This document shows positions 21,344 through 30,931 of a DNA stretch of 64,000 nt, piece by piece. Source of the stretch: Candidatus Latescibacterota bacterium (GTDB lineage: Bacteria > Latescibacterota > UBA2968 > UBA8231); the NCBI GenBank assembly GCA_965248265.1, contig CBDFJF010000001.1, positions 2,944,001 to 3,008,000 of the forward strand, read 5' to 3'. A program made the position numbers and the translations under genes. Within the stretch, counting starts at the first letter, position 1. The number at the start of each line of letters is the position of its first letter. The notes below the pieces were generated by a model. That model did no database searches. It was given only the letters and a program-made list of their open reading frames with translations, and was not told where the DNA came from.

Positions 21344-23101
21344 ATGGAAGAAAAGAGAACCATAATAGCATTCGTCTTGATCGGGCTCATTTTGCTGCTC
21401 ATGCCCTATTACTACGAGTTGACGGGGGTTGCACCGACGGCTCCCCCGATCTCCGAAGAGGCTGAGCAATCAACTCAGAAGGAGCGCGAAAGGGAACCCG
21501 TACCCAGAGAGCCCCAGGCCGAAGGACTACTGCCGTCACGGAGTGAAGAGCCGACCGGAGGGGTTCTGGCGCAGCAAGAGGAAACAGCACCATCGTCGGC
21601 TTCTGACGAGGCGGTGTTCGTTCCCAGAAAAGTCAACGTCACGACCCCGCTCCAGGAGTTGGTGTTTTCCTCCTCCGGGGGCAGTCTGGTGTCGGCACGA
21701 CTCCTCAATTTTGACCGCGAGGCGGGCGAGCCGGTCGAGCTGGTACCGTTTGGAACCAGCCAACTGACCACAAGAGTTCGCTCTGAGACATCCGACCGAG
21801 AACTCGACCTGAGTCAAGTCGAATTCGCCGCGGATACTGAGACCATCCGACTGCAGTCTGGTCAAACCGGACAACTGCGCATGGTGGCCGACCTGGGTGG
21901 AGGAAGGAAGCTGGAAAAAACCTTTCGTTTCGACGCCGACCAACACGCTTTTGACCTGACCATCACCTGTAGTGGCTGCACCGACCAGGAATTGCTGTTC
22001 ATCAATTGGCAGCAAGGGATCAATCGCGCCGAGAAGAACCATGGCGTCGACCTGGCCGGCGCCCGCGTCATGGCCTATGTGAATGAGAGCAAGGAGGAGC
22101 TTTTCGGCGAGGACGAGCTGCAGGAGTTCGAGACCAGGGGCAACCTCAAGTGGGCAGCAGTACGCAACAAGTATTTTCTGTGTGCAGTGGTGCCCAGAAA
22201 TGACGAGCGACACTGGGTGGAGCTCAGCTCAAAAGCCGGGTACGTCGACACCTATGGCAACAGCGCGGATCGCTCGCGTGGATATGACTGGCCGGAGTTG
22301 AACTTCAGCGTCGGCGGCAGAGGTCGTTCACTGGCAACCATCGTTTACCTGGGTCCTCTTGATCTCGAGCAACTCGAAGGGTTTGGTCTAGAGCTCGAAA
22401 TGTCTATGGATCTCGGCTTCCCAGTGGTAAGAGATATAGCGCGCGTGTTGTTGCTGGTCTTCGTCGCCGCGCATGAGTACGTGCCGAACTACGGCATGCT
22501 CATCGTCCTCTTCGCCCTCGTGGTCAAGATTCTCGTCTATCCCTTGACGCACAAGTCGTATGAGTCAGCCTCCAAGATGCAGGCGATTCAACCCAAGGTC
22601 ACGGCCCTGCGGGAGAAATTCAAGAACGACAGCCAACGATTGAGCAAGGAGACGATGGCCCTCTACAAGGAGGAGGGAGTCAATCCCATAGGAGGCTGCC
22701 TGCCCCTGCTTTTGCAGATGCCGATATTCATTGCGCTCTATCAGGTCTTCAGCAACACGATCGAGCTCAGGCACGCCCCATTTGTCGGGTGGATCGACGA
22801 CCTATCGGTCCCCGATGAGTTGATGGTGATGGGGTTTGCTCTTCACGTGCTGCCGCTGCTGATGTCGGCCGCCATGTTCTTCCAATCGAAGATGACGATG
22901 AAGGACCCCAAGCAGGCCATGCTCGTGTACATGATGCCGGCGGTCATGATCTTCATCATGTGGGACTTTTCATCTGGTCTGGTTCTTTACTGGACCGTGT
23001 TCAATGTACTGACCATCGGACAGCAGTACCTGACGAATCACCTGCGCAATACACCCCAACCGGTGAGCGTTCAGCCTCCTCCCAAGAAACGCTCCAAATA
23101 G
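21344..23101 (+). CDS. yidC: Membrane protein insertase YidC
   Basis: N-terminal TM segment, periplasmic domain, NPIGGCLPLLLQMPIF, WIDDLS and SGLVLYW. Confidence 0.96.
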   Translation: MEEKRTIIAFVLIGLILLLMPYYYELTGVAPTAPPISEEAEQSTQKEREREPVPREPQAEGLLPSRSEEPTGGVLAQQEETAPSSASDEAVFVPRKVNVTTPLQELVFSSSGGSLVSARLLNFDREAGEPVELVPFGTSQLTTRVRSETSDRELDLSQVEFAADTETIRLQSGQTGQLRMVADLGGGRKLEKTFRFDADQHAFDLTITCSGCTDQELLFINWQQGINRAEKNHGVDLAGARVMAYVNESKEELFGEDELQEFETRGNLKWAAVRNKYFLCAVVPRNDERHWVELSSKAGYVDTYGNSADRSRGYDWPELNFSVGGRGRSLATIVYLGPLDLEQLEGFGLELEMSMDLGFPVVRDIARVLLLVFVAAHEYVPNYGMLIVLFALVVKILVYPLTHKSYESASKMQAIQPKVTALREKFKNDSQRLSKETMALYKEEGVNPIGGCLPLLLQMPIFIALYQVFSNTIELRHAPFVGWIDDLSVPDELMVMGFALHVLPLLMSAAMFFQSKMTMKDPKQAMLVYMMPAVMIFIMWDFSSGLVLYWTVFNVLTIGQQYLTNHLRNTPQPVSVQPPPKKRSK

Positions 23102-23104
23102 AGC

Positions 23105-24469
23105 TTGCCCCCCAACACCACAATCGTCGCGATCACCACGCCCTCAGGCAGTGGCGGAGTCGGCATGATCAGATTGAGTGGCCCCGACGCAGTGGCCATA
23201 GGCCGACTGATCTTCCGTAGCGACAGCCCGTTGGGTGATCGCATTAGACATGTAGAGTTCGGCCGCGCCCTCAACTCCAAGCAAGAGGACATCGACGGCG
23301 GCCTTGCCTGGGTCCTCAAGGGTCCCAAGTCCTACACGGGTGAGGACACTGTGGAGATTAGCACGCACGGTAGCGCTGTCGTTCTCGAAAGTCTGGTGGA
23401 TGCCGCCATCGCCGCGGGGGCAACGATGGCCCAACCGGGTGAGTTTACCCGCCGTGCGTTCGTGAATGGCAATATCGACCTGATGCAAGCCGAAGCCGTC
23501 GTCGATTTGATACAGTCCGAAAGTCGGGGAAGCATGTCAGCGGCCTACTCCGCATCCAGCGGACGCCTTTCAAAGCAAATCCATCAGATCAAGGAAATGG
23601 TTGTGCAGGCGCTTTCCTGGATCGAGGTCGGTCTCGATTTCGTTGATGAAGACATCGAGCCAATCCAGCAGCGCAGAACCATGAATCTGCTGGCAGACGC
23701 ACAAGCACTAATAGACACGCTGGTAGCAACATTCGAGGGCACCAGACGAAGATTGGAAGGGAACGCACTCGTCTTGCTCGGGAAGCCAAATGCAGGCAAA
23801 TCAACCCTGTTGAACGCCCTGGTTGGCGAAGATCGGGCGATTGTAGCCAGTGCGCCCGGCACGACCCGGGACACGGTGGAGGCTCGTGCAATCTGGGGCG
23901 GCGAAACCGTACGTCTCATTGACACCGCGGGTATTCGAGCCGACGAAAAGGACCCCGTGGAGCAGGAAGGGATAGATCGCACGTGGCAAGCTGCTGGCGA
24001 TGCGGATTGCGTTCTCGTAGTCCTGGATTGCACCAGACCCTGGGATAAAACAGATTCAGAGATGATCTCCCGCCTGAACGGAACGCCGGTCATCCTTGTC
24101 ATCAACAAGTGCGATCTACAAAACGAGATGGCAGTGCCGTCCCAAGAATCAAAAGGGTACAAGGTGTTTGAGGTTTCTGCGCAGCAAGGAATCGGCCTGG
24201 AACAACTAAGCGAAGCCACGGCACAACAGCTGTCTGAGACACGGAATCACCAAAGCATTGGCCTGACGCGACAACGACACCACGACCTGCTGACTCGCGC
24301 CGGAAGCAGCGTAAGCGAGGCGATAAAGTTGATGGAACAGCACGGCCTGCCGGAGTGTTCGAGCGCGGCGCTCAGGGAGGGCCTACAGGCGCTCGGCGAG
24401 ATGCTTGGGGAGAACGCGGACGAGGCGATTCTGGACCAGATATTCTCGGAATTCTGCATTGGCAAGTGA
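23105..24469 (+). CDS. mnmE: tRNA modification GTPase MnmE
   Basis: SYTGED, GKPNAGKS, GTTRD, DTAG, NKCD and C-terminal FCIGK. Confidence 0.97.
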   Translation: MPPNTTIVAITTPSGSGGVGMIRLSGPDAVAIGRLIFRSDSPLGDRIRHVEFGRALNSKQEDIDGGLAWVLKGPKSYTGEDTVEISTHGSAVVLESLVDAAIAAGATMAQPGEFTRRAFVNGNIDLMQAEAVVDLIQSESRGSMSAAYSASSGRLSKQIHQIKEMVVQALSWIEVGLDFVDEDIEPIQQRRTMNLLADAQALIDTLVATFEGTRRRLEGNALVLLGKPNAGKSTLLNALVGEDRAIVASAPGTTRDTVEARAIWGGETVRLIDTAGIRADEKDPVEQEGIDRTWQAAGDADCVLVVLDCTRPWDKTDSEMISRLNGTPVILVINKCDLQNEMAVPSQESKGYKVFEVSAQQGIGLEQLSEATAQQLSETRNHQSIGLTRQRHHDLLTRAGSSVSEAIKLMEQHGLPECSSAALREGLQALGEMLGENADEAILDQIFSEFCIGK

Positions 24470-24486
24470 GTTTTGAACAAGCAAGG

Positions 24487-24502
24487 TGTTCCACGTGGAA
24501 CA
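24487..24502. promoter_or_regulatory. parS: parS site 1
   Basis: Perfect palindrome TGTTCCACGTGGAACA matching the chromosomal parS consensus. Confidence 0.92.
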
Positions 24503-24538
24503 GGCCTGATGGGGCTCAGCCAGATCGTCTCCCAGCAA

Positions 24539-24554
24539 TGTTCCACGTGGAACA
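24539..24554. promoter_or_regulatory. parS: parS site 2
   Basis: Identical palindrome TGTTCCACGTGGAACA. Confidence 0.92.
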
Positions 24555-24596
24555 TATCATCGTATAACCGCTTTTCCACCTTGCTCCGGCCGTGTC

Positions 24597-25277
24597 GTGA
24601 CTGAAGATCCGATTCCTGAAGGATTGCAGCGTGACACATCCATTTTTTTGGAGCGCCTTCCCGGGCTGTGTCCGGAGGCGACGCCAACCCAGCTGACAGA
24701 GTGGGGCCAGCAGCTGTCTCACTACGTCTCATTGCTGTATGTCTGGTCGGGCCGCACCAACCTGGTGTCAGCACGCGATCGTCTGAGTCTTGCCTCTCGC
24801 CACCTGCTCCCATCGCTGGCCATGCGAAAGGTCATACTTGGGATTCCACACCAGATCGTCGCCGACTTGGGTTCGGGCTCTGGTCTTCCGGGCGTACCGC
24901 TGAAAATCAGTCTGCCGGGCACGGCATTTCAACTGATTGAAGCGAGGCGACGTCGGGCGAATTTCCTCCGGGAGGTAACCCGAAAGCTGGACCTCAATCC
25001 GGTCGAGGTAGTCAACAGTCGAGTGGAAGATTGGGCGTGCCCGGAAGCCGCACGTCCGGACGTAATAGTGTCGAGGGCGACCATGGCCCAGGATCAATTG
25101 GTGCGTTGCTGTGCTGGGTTCCTGCGCCCAGGTGGCAGTGTGTTGTTCACCTTGCCCACTGACGCCACGTCGAATGCGCATGACCCGGGCTCGTCTCGGA
25201 TCGTTGACACTGGAGTGTTGGATTCGGAAGGACGAAGCATCCGCATCGGTGTGTTGAGGCCGCGCGCGCGCGCTTGA
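24597..25277 (+). CDS. rsmG: 16S rRNA m7G527 methyltransferase
   Basis: W...TNLVS, DLGSGSGLPG, LIEA..RRANFL and VSRA motifs. Confidence 0.92.
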   Translation: MTEDPIPEGLQRDTSIFLERLPGLCPEATPTQLTEWGQQLSHYVSLLYVWSGRTNLVSARDRLSLASRHLLPSLAMRKVILGIPHQIVADLGSGSGLPGVPLKISLPGTAFQLIEARRRRANFLREVTRKLDLNPVEVVNSRVEDWACPEAARPDVIVSRATMAQDQLVRCCAGFLRPGGSVLFTLPTDATSNAHDPGSSRIVDTGVLDSEGRSIRIGVLRPRARA

Positions 25278-25303
25278 TTCTCCGGTGCCAGCAGGCGTTT
25301 GGA

Positions 25304-25452
25304 TTATCCACAACTTTCCACGCGGCAAATGTGGAAAGCTTTAGGCGCATGTGTTTTCAGGGCAAACCTGTTATTTAACAATAAGTTACGCCGTAAAATG
25401 TGTGACTGGATCAGTCTTTCGCCAGAGCAATCGATTCAGCATTTGTGGAAAA
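25304..25452. promoter_or_regulatory. Second DnaA-box cluster outside oriC with an IHF-like site
   Basis: TTATCCACA 25304-25312, CTTTCCACG 25314-25322, TGTGGAAAG 25330-25338, TAACAATAAGTTA 25376-25388 and TGTGGAAAA 25444-25452. Confidence 0.7.
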
Positions 25453-25561
25453 CCTGCTTCGGAGTTACTGGACCCCTTGCCGAGCCAACTAAAAGGCCCA
25501 TATATTCTACTGGCCTGGTTGGGGTTGCAGGCGGTCACTCCATTAGAAGTGTAGGCTCTGG

Positions 25562-26161
25562 ATGATTGGAAATCATCTGAAATCATCGGTGAATCTGGTG
25601 CTGCGGCCTTTGGCGCGGGCATTCATACGAATCGGATTCCGTCCTGACTGGCTCACACTCATAGGGCTGCTGTTGAGCATCGTGGCAACCGCCGCCTTCG
25701 CCACGGGCTATTTGCGTTGGGGGGCTGCAATCATGTTGCTGGGAGGCGTGTGCGACACCCTGGACGGACAGGTTGCCAGAGAGGGTCGATCGGAGACCAA
25801 ATTCGGAGCTCTGCTGGACTCAACCACTGACAGGTATTCGGAGATTTTTCTGTACTTCGGAATAGGTGCTTATCTGGTTCGTCAGGGAGAGTGGTTGGCA
25901 AGCGGGGTCTTGTTTTTCGCATTGGCGGGGTCACTGATGGTCAGTTATGTCCGCGCTCGCGCAGAGGGCTTGGGCGAAGACTGTCGTGTCGGTTTCATGC
26001 AACGCCCCGAGCGGATAGTAGCGCTCGCCCTTGGTGCGCTCTATGGCCATGAAGGGCTCATATTCATTCTTGTCATTCTCGCCGTAACCACGAATTTCAC
26101 GGTCATAGAACGACTCGCTCACATCCGCAACAAACTGAAATCCAGTTCCGCTTCGGCCTGA
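25562..26161 (+). CDS. CDP-alcohol phosphatidyltransferase (PgsA/PIP-synthase-like)
   Basis: DTLDGQVAR...FGALLDSTTDR family signature; SYVRARAEGLG. Confidence 0.9.
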   Translation: MIGNHLKSSVNLVLRPLARAFIRIGFRPDWLTLIGLLLSIVATAAFATGYLRWGAAIMLLGGVCDTLDGQVAREGRSETKFGALLDSTTDRYSEIFLYFGIGAYLVRQGEWLASGVLFFALAGSLMVSYVRARAEGLGEDCRVGFMQRPERIVALALGALYGHEGLIFILVILAVTTNFTVIERLAHIRNKLKSSSASA

Positions 26162-26256
26162 ATCCGCATCGCTTTTAACCCGCTTAAAAGATACTCCAAC
26201 ATGTCGACGCCTGCGTCCGGGCTTTTCAGATATGCCGTTACTACCGGTGGTTGATA

Positions 26257-26901
26257 ATGCATCGTGCACTGTTCATTGTTTTTGAAGGCATCGACGGAGC
26301 AGGAACCACAACACAGAGTGAGTTGCTTGTTACCTTGATACAGGATATGGGGTTTGAAGTCGTTCACACGCGAGAACCCGGAGGTACTCCACTTGGTGAA
26401 CGCATTCGCGAGGTTCTCTTGGATCCGACCGCTAATGGTCTCGACGGCATGGCCGAGTTGATGCTATGTGTTGCCAGTCGTCGTCACCATGTGAGAACCC
26501 ATATTGTACCGTCGTTGAAGGCTGATAAGCCCGTAATATGCGCCCGATATACGGCGTCATCCGTAGCCTACCAGGGACATGGACGAGGGGTCGATCTGGA
26601 CACTGTAAGGCAGCTCAATGCAATGGCGACGGAGAAATGCCATCCGGATTTGACCATTTTCATCAATCTGCCGTTGGCGGAAGCCAATAAGCGGGTGCAA
26701 GAGCGGCCGATAAACGCCGATAGGCTGGATTCAGAGCCCGATGACTTCAAACGCCGGGTCGTGGATGGCTACCGTTTAGTGGCTGTGCAGGAACCAGAAA
26801 GCTCATTCGTCGTCGATGGGACAGACCCACCAGGGGTCATACACGAAAAGGTGCGAGCAGAGTTAGTCAGTAGGTGGCCAACATTTCCATTCCGAGCATA
26901 A
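26257..26901 (+). CDS. tmk: Thymidylate kinase (variant motifs)
   Basis: FIVFEGIDGAG, TREPGGT, SSVAYQG and PDLTI motifs. Confidence 0.9.
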   Translation: MHRALFIVFEGIDGAGTTTQSELLVTLIQDMGFEVVHTREPGGTPLGERIREVLLDPTANGLDGMAELMLCVASRRHHVRTHIVPSLKADKPVICARYTASSVAYQGHGRGVDLDTVRQLNAMATEKCHPDLTIFINLPLAEANKRVQERPINADRLDSEPDDFKRRVVDGYRLVAVQEPESSFVVDGTDPPGVIHEKVRAELVSRWPTFPFRA

Positions 26902-26940
26902 ATCAGAAACAACACTGAGATGGTCCAGGGACGTTCGAAC

Positions 26941-28818
26941 ATGAAAGTAGAATCGTACTATCGACGTATTCGCCTTGAATTGCCGTTGGCGCTCTTGATG
27001 GTGCTGGCCGTACAACCTGTTGCTGCGGGTACGATCGATCCATATGAGGAATTGAACAACAGTTGGGATCGTTTCGGATCGGTGTACGAAAGAGTGGTCG
27101 AGCACTACTATTCCGATATCGATCACAAGGCTGTCATGGAGGCGGCAATCGAGGGCTTGTTGCGAAAGCTGGATGCCTACACTCAGTACTTTGATGAAGA
27201 AGGTTTGCGTCAACTTCGTCAGGACACGACCGGTAAGTTCGCCGGTCTGGGCATTACTGTAGGTATCAAGGATCAGTATCCAGTAGTCATCGCTCCCATC
27301 GAAGGCACGCCCGCTTCCAGAGCCGGCATGGAGCCAGGGGATCTCATTACTGCCGTCGATGGCCTCGAAACCTTCGGCATGTCGCTGGAGGAGGTCGTCA
27401 GCACCTTGAGGGGCGATCCAGGTAGCGAGGTGCGCCTGACCCTTAACCGGCGCGGTGAGCCGGCAAACTGGGACGTTGATGTCGTCCGCGAGATCATCAA
27501 GATCAAGAGTGTCGCCGTAGCCGATATGATCGCACCAGGCGTGGGCTACATCAGTCTGAAGCAGACGCGCTTCTCTGAAGACACAGCCCACGAGGTGGAG
27601 GCATCCTTGGAGAGGCTCGCACAGCAAGGCCTCGAATCCCTGGTGCTGGATTTACGTGGGAACCCCGGTGGGCTGCTTGCCCAGGCTACCCAGGTGGCTG
27701 ATCTCTTTTTACCCAAGAGCGATCCGATCGTCACCATACGGGAGCGCCGCGGTCGACAATCGGAAACCAAGCTTTCCCAACGGGACCCCGCCGTTGATAT
27801 CCCACTGGTCGTCCTCATAGATGGCGGCAGCGCCAGCGCGGCTGAGATCGTTGCCGGCGCCATCCAGGACAACGACAGGGGGCTCGTGCTCGGGACACCC
27901 TCTTTTGGTAAAGGTTCGGTGCAGACGATCTTCGACCTGGGTGATGCGGAGCGCGGCGCCCTCAAACTCACCACAGCTCTCTATTACACGCCGAGCGGCA
28001 GAAACATTCACAAGGAGTTGGTGGCGTCGCCGTCGGTCCTCTATGAAGTCGTGCCATTGGCAGGTGTGGAGTTGCCGGCGGGTTTGTTGTTGGCCTCCAT
28101 CCTCGGTGCCAGGGATGCCGGCCATGCCGTATCCGAGCTGGCGGCCAGATTCGAGTTGGAACCGGCAGTCGCCGAGCAGATTCTACAGGTTCCGTTGGGA
28201 ATGCTCGTAGGCCACGATCCAGACCCGTCAGAGTCTGGGTCCGGTGAGTCGATTGAGTCCTTCAGGACGCGCAATGGTCGGCGGGTTTTCGGCAATGGTG
28301 GTATAACCCCGGATGTTACGGTGGAGTCGGAGAAAATGCCCTACCCAATCCAGAGCCTGCATCGGAAGCGGGCTTTCTTCGATTTCGTGGTGGAGTATGT
28401 TGGCGATGACAGTCTGAGTTCTGAATCTTCAGAGCCATTCATCGACGACCGCATGCTCTCCGCTTTTGACGCGTTTTTGGTCCGCATCGAGCCGGCATCA
28501 AGCCCCGGAACCATTCCTGAGCTGAGCGCTCTTCGCGACCTCAAGGCAGTCAAGGGCTGGGGTCCTGAGGTCACCACCTTGATCGACAGCTTGGAGCGGG
28601 TAATCGCGTCACAGGCTACTCAATCAAAAAAGAGTGATGATCTCGAGAAGTTCATACGAAGGGGACTGCGCAAGGAACTCGCCCTGCGGCTAAACGGCAA
28701 ACGCGCGAGTTTGCTCATCGGACTGGAATCCGATGTTCAGATCCGGGAAGCAATGGATCTGGTAAGCGATCGAGACCGTTATACATCTCTGCTGAAAACC
28801 GTTGACGTTGCTCGATGA
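26941..28818 (+). CDS. ctpA: S41 C-terminal processing protease with PDZ domain
   Basis: Signal peptide, GLGI PDZ loop, LDLRGNPGG, SASAAEI (Ser), GKGSVQ (Lys), YYTPSG and GGITPD. Start is 26941 or 26920. Confidence 0.93.
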   Translation: MKVESYYRRIRLELPLALLMVLAVQPVAAGTIDPYEELNNSWDRFGSVYERVVEHYYSDIDHKAVMEAAIEGLLRKLDAYTQYFDEEGLRQLRQDTTGKFAGLGITVGIKDQYPVVIAPIEGTPASRAGMEPGDLITAVDGLETFGMSLEEVVSTLRGDPGSEVRLTLNRRGEPANWDVDVVREIIKIKSVAVADMIAPGVGYISLKQTRFSEDTAHEVEASLERLAQQGLESLVLDLRGNPGGLLAQATQVADLFLPKSDPIVTIRERRGRQSETKLSQRDPAVDIPLVVLIDGGSASAAEIVAGAIQDNDRGLVLGTPSFGKGSVQTIFDLGDAERGALKLTTALYYTPSGRNIHKELVASPSVLYEVVPLAGVELPAGLLLASILGARDAGHAVSELAARFELEPAVAEQILQVPLGMLVGHDPDPSESGSGESIESFRTRNGRRVFGNGGITPDVTVESEKMPYPIQSLHRKRAFFDFVVEYVGDDSLSSESSEPFIDDRMLSAFDAFLVRIEPASSPGTIPELSALRDLKAVKGWGPEVTTLIDSLERVIASQATQSKKSDDLEKFIRRGLRKELALRLNGKRASLLIGLESDVQIREAMDLVSDRDRYTSLLKTVDVAR

Positions 28819-28920
28819 CGCCGGTCTGCATATCATAGGGGTAGTATCTGGATTCAAACATTATATCACATTCTTATTATCACAATAGTTTAGGAGAGAT
28901 TCTACCGGGGACTGGGTCCC

Positions 28921-29196
28921 TGGGAGAGAAGAGACTCACAACAACACGTAGTTGACCGTCTGCCGTTCACGCAGAAGCGCACACAGCGTCGAAGTGATCC
29001 CGGTGTTCATGAAAAGTGGCGTTGGTTTCGACGCCTGGATAGGGAAACGATTCGAGCAGCACATCCACGAGCATGCATGTGAGTGCCCATCGTCGACGAG
29101 TAAGAGGGAAGTATTCGTTGACGGCACTCGCTGATGTGGATCGGTACCACCGGCGCTAGCTGAGACCGCATTCGCAGGCCAGCACTCTCTCTCCCA
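28921..29196 (+). ncRNA. Candidate structured leader RNA upstream of rng
   Basis: A closing helix (28921-28933 with 29185-29196) encloses several hairpins whose G-U pairs favour the + strand. Confidence 0.5.
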
Positions 29197-29278
29197 ACAA
29201 ATCCGCATATCCTCTGGCACACACCCCTTCACAGCGCGGTCCGTGCCCCCGGAATGAATCTCCAGATGAGGGATTACC

Positions 29279-30808
29279 ATGGAAACGGAGATTCTAATTA
29301 ATCGCGCGATTCACGAGTCGCGTATAGCCATAGTCGAGAACGGACATCTCGCTGAAATTTGGGTGGAACGTCCGGACTCGGAACGCATAGTCGGCGACGT
29401 CTACAAGGGTACGGTCAGCGCCGTCCTGCCCAGTCTTCAAGCCGCTTTCATTGAAATCGGCCTGGAACGCACAGCCTTTCTGCAGGTCAGAGACATGGTC
29501 GAGGCAGACAGAAGCGATATCGAGGATGGGGGGTCGTCGCGCAACGGCGGCAGGCGCTCGCGCAATTTACCGCCGATACAGAATCTGCTCACGAAGGGAC
29601 AAACCCTGCTGGTACAGATCGCCAAAGAGCCCATCGGCACCAAGGGTGCCCGCGTCACGACGCAGTTGTCATTGGCCGGGCGCTTCGTCGTGCTGATGCG
29701 ATCGGGAGACTGGGTCGGCGTGTCACGAAAGATCACAAGCTGGAACGAACGCCGTCGTCTGCGTGACCTCGTGCGCTCATTGCGGCCAGCAAAGTCATCC
29801 GTCATCGTCCGCACCGAGGGACGCGACATGTCGGACAAGGACTGCAAGCGGGATCTCAAGCAGCTGGTGAAATCGTATGACCGATTGGAGCGGCGCAGCA
29901 AGAAAGCCGATGCACCGGCACTCGTGCACAAAGAAATGGGTATGACATCGAGTGTCATTCGCGATCTGTTCACGGAAAACGTCAGTCGTGTCGTCGTCGA
30001 CTCAAAGGAGTTGTACGCGGACATCGTCGATTATCTCAAAGGCGTGTCCCCTGCGCTGACAAAACGAGTCGAATTGTTTCGCGAGAAGAAACCGATTTTT
30101 GACGCATTTGGTGTCGAGCGGGAGCTGGAAAAGGCCAATGACCGTGAGGTCTGGATGCGCCGCGGGGGAGCGATCGTCATCGATCACGCCGAAGCCGGCA
30201 CCTTCATCGACGTAAACTCAGCGCGCTCAGTCGGTTCGAGAGATCAAGAAGAGAGCAACCTGCGCACTAACCTGGAGGCCGCCAGGGAGATCGCACGCCA
30301 ACTGCGTCTGCGAGACATAGGCGGGATCATCGTCATCGATTTCATCGACATGTACGACGACCGCAACCGCAAAAAAGTGGTCGAGGAACTGATCGATGAA
30401 ACCAAGAGAGATCGGGCCAAGGTTTCCATCAGCCCGCAGATCAGCGAATTCGGGTTGGTCGAGATGACCCGCCAGCGCGTGCGTCCCAACCTTCTGCACA
30501 CGCACTCCGATCCATGCCCGACCTGTGCAGGCTCAGGCAGAGTCATGGGCGCCGATACAACGATGACGAAGATCGAACGATGGTTGATGCGATCACGAGC
30601 CTCCAACGGAGACAGGCGCTACACCCTGAGGGTGCATCCGGACGTGGCCGCCTACATCTCTGAGGACAAGGATTCGCGCCTCAAATCAATTCGCCGGGCG
30701 ACCAAAGCTCGGTTGGATGTAGAAGAGGACGGCTCACTGTCTCCCCAGGATTTCCGCTTTATTTCGCGCAAACGCCGACTCGACGTTACCGCCGAATTTA
30801 GGGCTTAG
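29279..30808 (+). CDS. rng: Ribonuclease E/G family (RNase G length)
   Basis: S1 domain (QAAFIEIG), KEPIGTKGAR, IDVN, LRLRDIGGIIVIDFIDM, EMTRQR and CPTC zinc link. Confidence 0.95.
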   Translation: METEILINRAIHESRIAIVENGHLAEIWVERPDSERIVGDVYKGTVSAVLPSLQAAFIEIGLERTAFLQVRDMVEADRSDIEDGGSSRNGGRRSRNLPPIQNLLTKGQTLLVQIAKEPIGTKGARVTTQLSLAGRFVVLMRSGDWVGVSRKITSWNERRRLRDLVRSLRPAKSSVIVRTEGRDMSDKDCKRDLKQLVKSYDRLERRSKKADAPALVHKEMGMTSSVIRDLFTENVSRVVVDSKELYADIVDYLKGVSPALTKRVELFREKKPIFDAFGVERELEKANDREVWMRRGGAIVIDHAEAGTFIDVNSARSVGSRDQEESNLRTNLEAAREIARQLRLRDIGGIIVIDFIDMYDDRNRKKVVEELIDETKRDRAKVSISPQISEFGLVEMTRQRVRPNLLHTHSDPCPTCAGSGRVMGADTTMTKIERWLMRSRASNGDRRYTLRVHPDVAAYISEDKDSRLKSIRRATKARLDVEEDGSLSPQDFRFISRKRRLDVTAEFRA

Positions 30809-30837
30809 ATAAGGGAGCTTCCTGCGGAAGCTCATCG

Positions 30838-30866
30838 TTGACAGATTCGGCGTCCCGGCGTAAACT
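30838..30866 (+). promoter_or_regulatory. Sigma70-like promoter for rplU-rpmA
   Basis: TTGACA-17 nt-TAAACT. Confidence 0.72.
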
Positions 30867-30931
30867 TTATAGTTCTCGTCCGCAATCTTATTTGCCATAA
30901 TCTTATTTGGCACATTGGTAAGGTGGGTTAC

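Noticed and set aside
28936-29280. Short ORFs in the ctpA-rng gap, or RNase P RNA/tmRNA
   Set aside because: The ORFs have no recognisable motifs. The GAGGAAAGTCC RNase P signature and tRNA-like tmRNA ends were not seen.
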